In this document: positions 1-11,146 of the stretch, piece after piece
How positions within the stretch are numbered: the first letter of the stretch is position 1
Layout: each line of letters starts with the position of its first letter
Source of the DNA: Octopus bimaculoides
Lineage: Eukaryota
Assembly (NCBI RefSeq): GCF_001194135.2
Contig: NC_068982.1
Coordinates: 35,326,252-35,384,923 of the forward strand
DNA length: 58,672 bases
Reading direction: 5' to 3'
Position numbers and translations under genes: made by a program
Notes under the pieces: generated by a model
The model's input: only the letters and a program-made list of their open reading frames with translations
What the model was told of the DNA's origin: nothing
Databases searched by the model: none

Positions 1-196
1 TTGCTCAATTTAGTGAGGTGCATACAGAGAATTCACAATCTTTGCAATCTTGATTTTAACACTTAAAAAATGTCTTATTGCAGTGACAGACTGTTTTTTT
101 TTTTTTTGGTGCGGGGGTTCAGTCAACTAAAACTACATGTTTTAGTTGACGAAATTTCTGTTTGAATTTCGTTTTTGTTAATGTCTGAATAAAATT

Positions 197-378
197 GATT
201 TCAAATTTTGGCACAAGGCCAGTAATTTCGGGGAACAGAGTAAGTCGATTTCATCGACCCCAGTGCTCGATGGATACTTAAGGATGAAATGCAAAGTCGG
301 CCTCGGCTGAATTTGAACTCAGACCGTAAAGGCGAACGATATGCCGCTAAACATTTTGTCTGATTTGCTAACAATTCA
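197..378 (-). mobile_element. SINE family B copy (tRNA-like head)
   Basis: Reverse complement matches the B copies at 11820 and 41707 (atcgaccccagtg...gatgaaatgcaaagtcggcctcggctgaatttgaactcag). Confidence 0.8.
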
Positions 379-721
379 ATAAAATACCTGAATTAAAATT
401 ATTTTGCTAATAAATGGCACCATTATTTGGTACGGAAGTATATACGTTAAGCTTTCTTCCATACCAAGCATTCACTATCTTTGTCATTCAGAAAACAAGA
501 ATTTATTCTATAGATCCGAAGTAATTTTACTCTTTCGCTTTGTTATTTTATTTGAAATTTGGAAACAGATGCAAGAAACAAACAAAATCAATCTTTCAGG
601 GTATCTAAAGTGAAAAAAAAAGAAAAAAGAAATTCGCACAGCCGAAAAAGAGAGCAGACAGACAACGATACCCTATTTCACTTGACCGAGCGTAAGCTTG
701 TCAAGACTTCGTAAACATTTG

Positions 722-724
<3 letters not shown>

Positions 725-762
<38 letters not shown>

Positions 763-772
763 NNNNNNNNNN

Positions 773-814
<42 letters not shown>
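725..814. repeat. (CT)n microsatellite with 9-N gap
   Basis: Direct reading. Confidence 0.95.
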
Positions 815-817
<3 letters not shown>

Positions 818-1070
818 CAGGGAGTGTCTGGCAGGAATGACACTTCATAGAAAATTCAGTATTATAGCATCTAACATGTATGAAATTTCACCTTACCAAT
901 ACTTTTGTCGGTCAAACATGCACGTATAAGAAACAAAAACTTATCTGATTAATACCTTCCGCCTATTATTGCTATCTAGCCTTAGGTCTTCAGTGCTTCT
1001 TGAATAGATCTATGATCAAAAACGTCGTTCCATCAGCGCGCGCGTGTTTGTGTGTGTGCGTGTGTGTTAA

Positions 1071-1470
1071 CTATTAGGTCCCCCCCAGCGCTGTTAGCAC
1101 AAAGGGCAATGGGCCTTCTCCAAACATCGCGGCCGTTCGCTTTCCTCTTAGGTCAACTCGAACCGATTCTTATCATAATCACATCGTTACAAAACCTATT
1201 GCGCCACATCTTCCTTGGTCTTTGCATTCGATCCTTTTCCTCATTCTTGCGCCCACTCCGTCACGATGGTAACATGTCTCTTCTGTGGTAATCGAAGGAT
1301 ATGATCAGTAAACCGTATCTTCCGCTCAGTCCCCACGTCCTACATACTTCCTAAGCCAGCTCTTCTAATCAACCCTTCGTTTCTCACTCTGTACCAGGAA
1401 GGGATGCCCAGGATTGAACGTAGGCAGCGTTGAAGGAAGACGTCTAACAATCGAGAGATCTTCGCTGTCT
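1071..1470 (-). mobile_element. RTE-clade LINE 3' fragment (decayed RT C-terminal region)
   Basis: Translates LLDVFLQRCLRSILGIPSWYRVRNEGLIRRAG*..RKIRFTDHILRL..RPRKMWRNRF, the typical RTE C-terminal pattern, with stops and a frameshift. Confidence 0.85.
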
Positions 1471-1517
1471 TCTTAAATATATTATGCACACACACACACA
1501 CACACACACACGTTATG

Positions 1518-1745
1518 TGGAGGCGTAGGCCGGGTTTAAGGGTTAGGGCATTGAATTCATGACCGTAAAATGTGGTTTCGATTCCTGGACCGGGCGACGC
1601 GTTGTTTTCTTGAGCAAAATACTTCATTTCATGTTGCTTCAGTTCGCTCAGCTGGCAAAAGTGAGTAATCCTACAAAGGACAGGCGTCCCGTCCAGGTGG
1701 AGAATACACACAGCATGGAAATCGGGAAAGCGGCCCTATGAGTTC
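1518..1745 (+). mobile_element. SINE family C, tail type 2
   Basis: tRNA-like head, core gggcgacgcgttgttttcttgagcaaaatacttcatttcatgttgc, tail shared with the 34975-35220 copy. Confidence 0.8.
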
Positions 1746-1821
1746 ACATGATACGGGAAGGAACTTCACTCTTTTTTTTTACTATGTGTGTGCATGTTTA
1801 TATATATGCATATATATATTT

Positions 1822-2180
1822 AGGTGTGGCTGGGCGGTAAGAATCTTGCTTCCCAACAACATGGATCCGTGTTCAGTCCCACTACATGGCCCCTTAGGCG
1901 AGTGTCTTCTGCTATAGCCTCGGGCTGACCTAAGCCTTGCGAGTGGATTTGGTAGACGGAAACAGTGAGAAGCCTGTCATATATATGTGTGTGTATGTAT
2001 GTGTGTCATTGTGTCTGTGTTTGCCCTCAACCGGTGTTGGTGTGTTTACGTCCCCGTAACTTAGTGGTTCGACATAGAGACCGATAGAGTCAGTACTAGG
2101 ACTTAAAAAACAACTACTGCGGTTGAACTGTTCGACAAAAACATGGGCCCAGTCAAATAACTAAAACAAATTAAGAATAA
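1822..2180 (+). mobile_element. SINE family A, tail type 1
   Basis: Head gcggtaagaatcttgcttcccaac..gttcagtcccact, internal TA/TG microsatellite, tail ..cagtcaaataactaaaacaa; many copies in window. Confidence 0.85.
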
Positions 2181-2217
2181 AAATGTATATATTGTACACA
2201 CATCACACATACATACA

Positions 2218-2252
<35 letters not shown>

Positions 2253-2304
2253 TATTTACATTATTTACATTTGACGGATATTCGTCCTCATCTTGTTTGT
2301 TGTT

Positions 2305-2348
2305 AACAACGTTTCGGCTGATATACCCTCCAGCCTTCGTCAGGTGTC
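2305..2348 (-). ncRNA. Mirror hammerhead copy with damaged helix I
   Basis: Same core as 2519-2564 but a 2-nt deletion after the cleavage triplet (GUU^GUUAAC) leaves only 2 bp of helix I. Confidence 0.55.
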
Positions 2349-2518
2349 TTGGGGAAATTTCGAACCTGGGTTCTCATTCCTATCGATGTTACTATTATTA
2401 TTATTATATTATTATTACTATTATTAATACTATTATTAATCAGTAATAATAATAATAATATAATAATAATAATAGTAACATCGATAGGAATGAGAACCCA
2501 GGTTCGAAATTTCCCCAA

Positions 2519-2564
2519 GACACCTGACGAAGGCTGGAGGGTATATCAGCCGAAACGTTGTGTT
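2519..2564 (+). ncRNA. Minimal type I hammerhead ribozyme (predicted dimeric)
   Basis: GACAC-CUGACGA-A-GGCUG(GAGGGUAUAU)CAGCC-GAAA-CGUU^GUGUU: helix I GACAC/GUGUU, 5-bp helix II, palindromic AACGUU helix III; predicted cleavage 2559/2560. Confidence 0.75.
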
Positions 2565-2613
2565 AACAACAAACAAGATGAGGACGAATATCCGTCAAAT
2601 GTAAAAAATGTAA

Positions 2614-3211
2614 NNNNNNNNNNNNNNNNNNNNNNNNNNNNNNNNNNNNNNNNNNNNNNNNNNNNNNNNNNNNNNNNNNNNNNNNNNNNNNNNNNNNNNN
2701 NNNNNNNNNNNNNNNNNNNNNNNNNNNNNNNNNNNNNNNNNNNNNNNNNNNNNNNNNNNNNNNNNNNNNNNNNNNNNNNNNNNNNNNNNNNNNNNNNNNN
2801 NNNNNNNNNNNNNNNNNNNNNNNNNNNNNNNNNNNNNNNNNNNNNNNNNNNNNNNNNNNNNNNNNNNNNNNNNNNNNNNNNNNNNNNNNNNNNNNNNNNN
2901 NNNNNNNNNNNNNNNNNNNNNNNNNNNNNNNNNNNNNNNNNNNNNNNNNNNNNNNNNNNNNNNNNNNNNNNNNNNNNNNNNNNNNNNNNNNNNNNNNNNN
3001 NNNNNNNNNNNNNNNNNNNNNNNNNNNNNNNNNNNNNNNNNNNNNNNNNNNNNNNNNNNNNNNNNNNNNNNNNNNNNNNNNNNNNNNNNNNNNNNNNNNN
3101 NNNNNNNNNNNNNNNNNNNNNNNNNNNNNNNNNNNNNNNNNNNNNNNNNNNNNNNNNNNNNNNNNNNNNNNNNNNNNNNNNNNNNNNNNNNNNNNNNNNN
3201 NNNNNNNNNNN
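2614..3211. other. Assembly gap
   Basis: Run of N; track ORFs crossing it are artefacts. Confidence 1.
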
Positions 3212-3219
3212 ATATATAT

Positions 3220-3307
3220 ACGACGGGCTTCTTTCAGTTTCCGTCTACCAAATCCCGGAACCATGTGGTTGGGAAGCAAGCTTCTTACTACACAGCCACT
3301 CCTGACC
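3220..3307 (-). mobile_element. SINE A head fragment with internal deletion
   Basis: gggaagcaagcttcttactacacagccac is the reverse complement of the A head. Confidence 0.8.
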
Positions 3308-3314
3308 CTATCTA

Positions 3315-3445
3315 TATTTTTGTTAATATTTAGCAGAAGTAACAGAGTGACTCAAGATCCGAGATTTTCGTGCATTGGCACTTAACGCACGAAACTCTTG
3401 GACCTTGAGTCACTCCGTTATTTCTGCTAAATATTAATAAAAATA
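3315..3445. repeat. Foldback hairpin, 59-bp arms, 13-nt loop (MITE-like)
   Basis: 3315-3373 versus reverse complement of 3387-3445: 6 mismatches. Confidence 0.9.
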
Positions 3446-3480
3446 CGTGTGTGTGTGTGTGTGCGTGTGTGTGTGTGTGT

Positions 3481-3724
3481 TAGTCCCCCACCACCGCTTG
3501 ACAACTGGTGTTGGTGTGCTAACGTCCCAATAAACTAGCGGTTCAGCAAAAGATACCGATAGTATAAGTACTATTCTGTTCTATATACCATATCCGTCCA
3601 ATGTAAATAATGTACAGAATAAACTTAAAATAACTGAAGTCCTGAAATCGGTTTATTCGACCAAAACCTTTCGAGGCGGTGCCCTAGTATGTCCCCAATC
3701 AAATGACTTAAACAAATAAAAAGA
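3481..3724 (+). mobile_element. SINE A 3' half carrying an insert at about 3573-3614
   Basis: ccaccgcttgacaactggtg..ggcggtgccctagtatg..caaatgacttaaacaa; insert contains atatccgtccaatgtaaataatgta. Confidence 0.75.
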
Positions 3725-3757
3725 TAAAAATTTACATATTATTTAGTATATATACAT

Positions 3758-4056
3758 AGGTGCGGATGTAGCTGTGCGGTAGGAAGCTTGCTTCCCAACC
3801 ACAATGTTCCGGATTCAGTCCCACTGCGTGGCATCTTAGACAAGTGTCTTCTATTATAGCTCGGAGCCGACCAAAGCTTTGTGAGTGGATTTGGTAAACG
3901 GAAACTGAAAGAAGCCCATCGCGTTTATGTGTGTGTGTGTGTCCTCACTACCGCTTGACAACCGGTGCTGATGTGTTTACGTTCACGTAACTTATCGGTT
4001 CGGAAAGGCGGTGTCCCAGCATGACCACAGTCTAATGACTGAAACAAGTAAAAGGG
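3758..4056 (+). mobile_element. SINE A tail type 1, CpG-intact
   Basis: Head, microsatellite and tail all present (internal deletion in 3' half). Confidence 0.85.
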
Positions 4057-4145
4057 ATAATATATATATATAGGTAGAATTCACATAATAAACAAAAGAC
4101 GAAGATAGCTGGTGTAGAAAACAAAGAGATGTATTAGCATATATG

Positions 4146-4183
<38 letters not shown>

Positions 4184-4229
4184 CACACATATATATATGT
4201 ATGTATAATATAAATATATATATTATACA

Positions 4230-4336
4230 TACATACTTAGCTTTAGACGGTCCGGGGTCACAGTAAAAGATACATGCCCAAGGTATCACGCAGTGGGATT
4301 GAACCCAAGACTACGTGATTGGGAAGCAAGCTTATC
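4230..4336 (-). mobile_element. SINE A head fragment
   Basis: cccaaggtatcacgcagtgggattgaaccc..gggaagcaagctt. Confidence 0.75.
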
Positions 4337-5099
4337 AATCGCTGGAATTGCAAATCACATAAATACTAATAGTAGAATACAAACGACTCGAAAACTATTT
4401 AATTTGCCACTAAAAGGTACCAGAACCCAATGATGGGCGGAAAATGTATGGAATCCCGTCGGAGGGACTTATTCCAAAGTGGTAAACTTAACACCACCAT
4501 CTGTTCTGTGAGTGTCTTTATTAGAGTCTGCTCATAACATTAAGAGAAATAAGAATTCATCTAATATAAGATGCGAAACACTATCCATGAATACTTCAGA
4601 GTATCCAGGGATATAAAAAACAAAATCGAAGCGAGCGGTCGTTGAAAACCGACTAGTTTTTAGAAACAACAAAAAAAAAAGCAAAAAAAAAACATTTATA
4701 GTTGAAAGAATCGATCGATCTCAGAAAGATAGAAGGGGAAGTCATTTTTGCTTAGATTTGAACTCAGAACAGCAAACGAAAGTTTATAAATATTCATGAC
4801 TCCATCAAGGTTGTATCGTATAGCTTTGAGTGTGTGGTGTGTTGAAGTTTTGCTACCTGTACAGAATATAGTTAGTGTAGTAAAAACAGTAAAATGTTGA
4901 TATGCAACGCAACAGTTTAGTGCAGTGCTGTAAAATTCTGTCAATGTGCAATAGTCAATATGTGTAGTCTCAATGTTAAACACACTATACAGACAACGGC
5001 CACTCGTCATTCTGACGAAATTTGCTATGTAACTGCGTATTAGAGTTTTTAAAATAAAACAGGCACTTGTGTTTGGTGCTGCAGCTAGTCATGTGGAAT

Positions 5100-5675
5100 G
5101 CTAGGAAGTGTTCTTTAAAGTCTGAAATTTAGCCAGTGTGGAGTGTTTCTGTTTTCTTTTCGGTTGATATCAAACGAGTAAGTTCTGTAGAGATGGATTG
5201 CAAAGGTCATGATGCAACGACTGCGCCGGTACTCCAAACCTTCCATCACATGCAGGCAACAATTCGAAGAAAGCTAAATGACGGAAACAAACGTCTACCC
5301 GACACTATTACTATCGACACCACGTACAATAACAATGCTAAAAAGATTAAGTCACACGAATTAAAACATCAAGTAAAGCACGGATGTCGTCATAGTCGAA
5401 AAGAGTTGACAAAAAACGAAATAACAATAACGTCAAGGTATCGAAAGGTGTTGCCAATAGGTATAAGAAAACAGCAGTAGGAGAAAGAGAGTGAGGGAAA
5501 GAGAGAGGGAGAGAGACCCTACAGCAGTCGTGCTTCCTTTTCGCAAAGGAGTTACTAAGTCTTGACACAAACAACCACCATTCATCCACCCATTTTGACT
5601 CTGCTACCCCTGTCTATAGTTCATAAATACTGCATTTGGATACGTTTATTATTATCTCTCTCCCACTTCCAGATA

Positions 5676-5717
<42 letters not shown>

Positions 5718-7182
5718 TGCATATACCCGTGTTTATAGAAACGCAATCATTTGTTTGTCTTTCTCGAGAACCTGTATAATCCCTGTTTCCTTACATACGA
5801 AGTACAAGCTCGCACACGCACACACCTTTGCAATGTGCGTACATGAAGACAAATAGATATTCATATCCATATATCTTATTATAAGCCATCGATTTGTAAC
5901 CGCCAGACCAAGCCAACACAACCTATCCGGCCACAAACGGCCACCTCTATACTCGCGGACACTTCGTTAGTCCCAAACAGCTTTGCTGCTGTCGTATACA
6001 CCCATGTTCCCACCCAAGAACTGATCGTTGTCAGAGTCATCTACCGACCGACTCTTCCCTTTTGTCGCTTGGATCTTACTAAACAAAAACATAACCTTCT
6101 TTGAGTTCTTCTACTTTTCCGTATTCGTTATCTTCAGTTCTCTGTATTCCGTTGTCTTCCAATTGAGGCGATAGGTAACAATCTAAACCCCGAAGATCCG
6201 AAAGAGAAAAAAAAAAAGAAGAGAAAAACACAGGGTAAATAGAAAAGACAGAGGTGTCGGACGCGACAAAAAGAGAGAGAGAGAAAAGCAAGACAAAACG
6301 TGTGTAAGTGTGTGAAAGGAAAATAACTAAAGCTCTGTGGAAAGCGCACTTTTTGTGACTTAATGAGAGAGATAAAGATATAATCAGTCAGAAAGAGTCT
6401 CTCTTTTTCACTCTCTCATTCACACAAATACAAAAAAAAGCTGAACGGGAGTAAAAACAAGACGGAAAGAGAGGAAGAGTTCGAAAGAGTATATGTATGT
6501 GTGTGGGAATTAGAGACATATGGTAACTGACAGATTGGATTTAAGTGCATCAGAGAGAGGGAGATAGATTGTGTATGTGTGTGCAGAAGAGTGACAGAGA
6601 GAGAAAGAGAAAGAAAGAGAGAGAGAGAGCCATAGACGTTTAAGCTAAGCTGACTGCAGAGCTAAGCGCGTCAAAGCGATAAGACAGTGAAAGAGGAGGC
6701 TGATGAGTGACAGGGAGAGAGAGAAAGTGTAGAAAACCGAAAAGAGATATATAAATATATGTATACATATATACACACGCAAACATATACACTAACTGAC
6801 GGAGGAGTTAAAGCACGTCAGGAAAAGAAAGCTAGATGGAAATTAATAGACAGAGAGTGAGCGAATAGAAAAGTGAAAAGAGTGAGAGAGAAGGAGAGAG
6901 AGATGTGGTAAGTAAAAGTGACCGAAAGAGAGAAAGCGCACAAGAGTGACAGATAGAGAGTAGAAAAGAGAGAGGGAGTGACAGAAAGAGAAAGACAAAG
7001 GTTTAGTAGGAGAGTTGTATACGTCAGATAGATTGAGAGTACGAAGGAGCCTCGAATAGGTCGGCCAAGATTGGACTATGCTGCTATCAAATCGAGCCAG
7101 TTTACCGCTATTGAAGCCGGTGAACCTGCAGTGTATTGTAAAACACGTTTAAAAGCATGTTGGATGTACCAGATTTACTCGA
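5100..7182 (+). promoter_or_regulatory. Putative promoter and long 5' leader of the + gene
   Basis: Unique, CpG-rich, SINE-free; TATA-like cataaata near 5622; (CA)n 5680-5713; purine-rich GA tract 6200-7020; possible non-coding donor CGA|GTAAGT at 5178. TSS cannot be placed. Confidence 0.45.
7078..7152 (+). promoter_or_regulatory. uORF, 24 aa (MLLSNRASLPLLKPVNLQCIVKHV*)
   Basis: ATG 7078 to TAA 7152; its stop is the in-frame stop upstream of the main ATG. Confidence 0.5.
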
Positions 7183-7243
7183 ATGTCAGCAGTTTTTACC
7201 GGCATGGGACCAGCTAACAACAATGGCCTCATTTTATTCTTAA
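7157..7243 (+). promoter_or_regulatory. Two out-of-frame uORFs overlapping the main start (7157-7243, 28 aa; 7164-7217, 17 aa)
   Basis: ATGs at 7157 and 7164 open the two alternative frames; both stop before the donor. Confidence 0.5.
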
Positions 7244-7264
7244 TTGTAATATGCATACGATACG
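7183..7264 (+). CDS. Probable first coding exon of a secreted or membrane protein (MSAVFTGMGPANNNGLILFLIVICIRY+G)
   Basis: First in-frame ATG after stop at 7150; hydrophobic core LILFLIVICI; phase-1 donor G|GTAGGT at 7265, the usual signal-peptide exon layout; pyrimidine-rich sequence follows. Confidence 0.6.
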
Positions 7265-7512
7265 GTAGGTGTTCGGACCCTCTTTTTTCACCTCACTTCT
7301 TATTTTCCGACCTCTTGTCTTTTTTTTCTCTTCTTTCTCTCTCTGCCTCACACATACACTATTTTGCACTTGACTCCCTTTTCCAGCTTGTTGTTATCAT
7401 CGCTTCTGTTGCTATTGTTGTTTTTTTTCACTTTAGGGTCTCGCTCAACACTTTCGGTTTTCTGATTACTCCACCACCCCTTTCCGAGACATCTCCTTGG
7501 ACTGTACTGTTT

Positions 7513-7547
<35 letters not shown>

Positions 7548-8352
7548 CATACATACATACATACACACACATACACACTCTCACACGCATGCATGCATTC
7601 ACACAGGTATTGATTTTGTGTGGCTGCATTGATAAACATCGATCAAAACAACAATTATATATAATGACTTCGAAACATTGTACCCTTATAATAATATCTT
7701 TGCACACAGTGCTATATTGGTGTAATAGAGTTACAGCCAGGATTTTATCGCTACTCTCTATCTTTACTCTTTCTCGTGTGGTCTGAGGCACATATTAATA
7801 CCAGCCATTCCATACGTTCATCCATTCGATCAGTCGATTACCTATCAGTGTTTAGCTTCGTTTACACCCCATGCGGATATTTTACCCCACTCCCACACAC
7901 ACACACAACAAATACGACAGTTATATGAAGATCTTTCAATAATTATGATTTTGTGTTCATCGATATATGGCACACACACAAACACAGAAAATCAGTTGCG
8001 AAGTATTTCTGTAAATATTTTTCTATCAACTGACCATCGAGACAATTTTTATCAAGTGGTCACATGTAACCTTAACAGAAACAGTAATTCTAATATATAT
8101 CTCAAAAGAAAAAGAGAGAAAAGAAACTGACCACGCTAAACCTCTTTTTGTGCAATCTACTATGTATATGTATTTACAATGTAATCTCTTTAAAGTAGCC
8201 ACTGTTAATCTGAATTAAATGTTCACCGACCCAAGGTGGTCTCCTCGAACTATTCTATTTCTGCTAAAACGATAATTTAATTTTGTGTGTGTGTACGCGC
8301 GCATTGTGTCTGAAAAAGTAAGGAGTTTCACTTTGCTTCAGACCTATCCAGC

Positions 8353-8407
<55 letters not shown>

Positions 8408-9654
8408 TTGCAATGAAAGAACGAAAACATTTTTATATTTGGTGCCAATCGTATTTCTTCAGGTGGGAATTGGTCGAGCGCGGAATATTCCCCTGATTCC
8501 AAAGCACCATTCGCTGTTTTGGCTGCCTCTGTCGCTATGTCTGTCCGTTTGTTTGTTAGTCTATCTTTTTTTCTTTCTTTTTTCTTCTTGTCATACTGTC
8601 ACTTCCATCCCTATCTTTGCTTCTGATTTTATTATATAAATATATATATATATATATATAATATGTATTAACGTAGCTTTGCTGTCTTGTCAGTATTTTC
8701 ATCAGACAGTTCGATCTCATTCCATTCTCTAAAATAAGCTTGTAAAATACTGTCGTTTTTTTCCAGCTTGCAATCTCTTCGGAACGTGTCCGGAGATTTG
8801 ATGGTCATTCTTAACACTGTCAAAGCGTGTGTGTGTGTATTTTACGTGTTGCGTGCATGCGGAGAAAACAACACACGTGTCTAAATGTGTTTGCTTGTAT
8901 GAGCGAGAGAAAAAGGGAAAAAAGAAACAAATTCACTTGTATGTGTATAAGTGTCGTTCTTTCTGCTATTAGAGAGACAGACACACACAGATAAAGAGAG
9001 AAACAGAGACTTGTACAGAAGTCATTTGGCTTCCCTGCAGTTTTCAGTCCCTCACCTCGTACGCGCTCTTCAAACATACTATCTCACACTCAAACAATTA
9101 TACATACAAATGTACAAACTGCCACAGAGGTAGACAAACACACATACACAGCTCATAGAGGTTTCTAATAATCTCACGCATTAGGACTCGTGTGTGTGTG
9201 TGTGTGTGGTTTTCTTTTAAATCTGCACACACACACTTAGCACACACATACACATGCATACGTGAGTATGCGTATGTGTATATATATATATATGTGTGTT
9301 TGTGTGTTGTGTATGTGTGTGTGATGAACTGAGGTTCTCATATAAACACGCAAGTATCCTTGTAGCATGTATATACACATAAACCACTGGTTCATACGAC
9401 TTGATTTCTGTTTTCTTTCCCTTATACACACATACGCACACGATGTTAAACGTGTGTGTGTGTGTGCTTAATTCCCAATATCCGTCTGTTTCTGGTGTCC
9501 TCACTATTTTCCGTCGCCCTCACCATTGAGGCCTGATCATTCACGCACATACGCAGATATTTCAACCAAATAAAATTAGATATCATGTTTGTTACACACA
9601 TAGATAAATAGGTATATGTATCCTTCCAATTCATTTGTGATCAATAAAATAGCT

Positions 9655-10045
9655 GCCTGTAGTTTAGCCTCAGGTCAGCTGTGACCAAGCAAGGCCTACG
9701 ATCAAAGCGTTCAAGCCACGGACGTTCCATCTTAGATTAGGTCTGAATATCTCCGATAACATCATCTGCTGTCGTTTTTAATATCTTAAAGTGCAGTTTG
9801 AGGGGATGTGCTAACTCTTTCAGTAGTTCTCGCGACCACATAGGGCCAGTCGTTTAACCCGAGGTGTACTTTGATTAAGCGGACCTTAATGAGATGGTTA
9901 CGGTTGACATTCCAACCGTGACCATCCCATCTTTTTAAGAGTATCTCTAAGCGTTACCCTGTGTGTCCTTTCCCTATTTGATACGGCAGGAGCGTGATTT
10001 GAAGGAGATTTAGCTGCTACTTCTAGCTACTCCGATGGTCACACA
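9655..10045 (-). mobile_element. Tandem pair of unclassified retroposon E
   Basis: Two related units; diverged fragments recur near 22120, 32430-32610, 32760-32820 and 51580; (GTT)n end on + suggests an (AAC)n tail. Confidence 0.6.
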
Positions 10046-10695
10046 AAAAGCTTCTTCAGTGCGGCTAATATTATACTATGATCCAATTATATTTGCTACC
10101 CGTGCACAAATCGTGCTAAAGATCTTACAACCTTACACACACGCATATATATAATATAAAACACCCACAAAACCCTACCAACGAATTCCTCCACCCCCTA
10201 TACCCACGTACACATACACGCACTAGCTCACACACATACATACACACACATCATTCAGAATTAAGTGCCTGAACAATGAAACATTCTCTTTTTATTTTAT
10301 TAAGTTTTTCCATTTTATTTTTCCTTTTTCTGTCTGAAACTTCAAGTAATGTATTTCTGTGTGTGTGTGAGGGAGACAAGAACAGCGAGAGATTTTTACT
10401 ATCCGTTTAACTCTGCACGGAAGCCAGTAATAAATAAGCGCTGGTCCATACGAACACGGGGTGCGGATGGGAGGAAGAGGTCTGTTAAACCGTATTTGAA
10501 AGCAGTAGCGAACCAAGTGATTCCTGGTTCAATTCCATTAACTGGGCCCCAACTATGACATTTATCAAATTCATGTTTCCGACAACTTGCTAAGAGGAAA
10601 CATCATACAAGTTGTCGGTAACCATTGAAATAAAGCTTATAAAACTGCCGTCATACACACTGGGTAGTTTTCGATTCACACAGACGGTTTCCCCG

Positions 10696-10741
<46 letters not shown>

Positions 10742-11069
10742 GCACGCACACACACACACACACACATTAAATGAAAAAAAAAATGTATGGTAAATAAACA
10801 AACGACACAATGTATACTGAGTGTACAACCGGACGGGAGACAGACACAGAAGGTCCCTAATTCTTCATCAGTTATCAACCAATTGGTAATACTCAGTTTC
10901 GCACGTGGGAGAGGAATGTTATTAGTTCGTATTTGTATGTATAGCATACAGGTGTTACTGAGTTCTGTCCCAGAGCACGGCTTCATGGGTAGGTGTCTTC
11001 CATCGTAGTTCTTAAACAACCAGAACTTCGTGAGAACAATTCGGAATATAGAAATTATGCGAAAGCCCA

Positions 11070-11107
11070 TGTATGTATGTATGTACGTACGTACGTATGT
11101 ATTTATG

Positions 11108-11146
<39 letters not shown>

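Larger units (their letters stand above)
2256..2613. repeat. Near-perfect inverted duplication (about 175-bp arms) of a hammerhead-bearing Penelope-like terminal segment
   Basis: 2256-2430 is the reverse complement of about 2433-2613, apart from a 2-nt indel, one terminal mismatch and (AAT)n length differences; abuts the N gap. Confidence 0.9.

Noticed and set aside
816-1030. TACAGGGAGTGTC start resembling a Tc1 TIR
   Set aside because: No matching second TIR or transposase remnant found.
2349-3305. 318-aa and 238-aa ORFs, and other long ORFs rich in X, YI, HT or CV
   Set aside because: They run through N gaps or dinucleotide microsatellites; not proteins.
8463-8554. Phase-1 exon candidate GGNWSSAEYSPDSKAPFAVLAASVAMSVRLF
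   Set aside because: Good acceptor but marginal GTTAGT donor and no recognisable domain; more likely intronic regulatory DNA.
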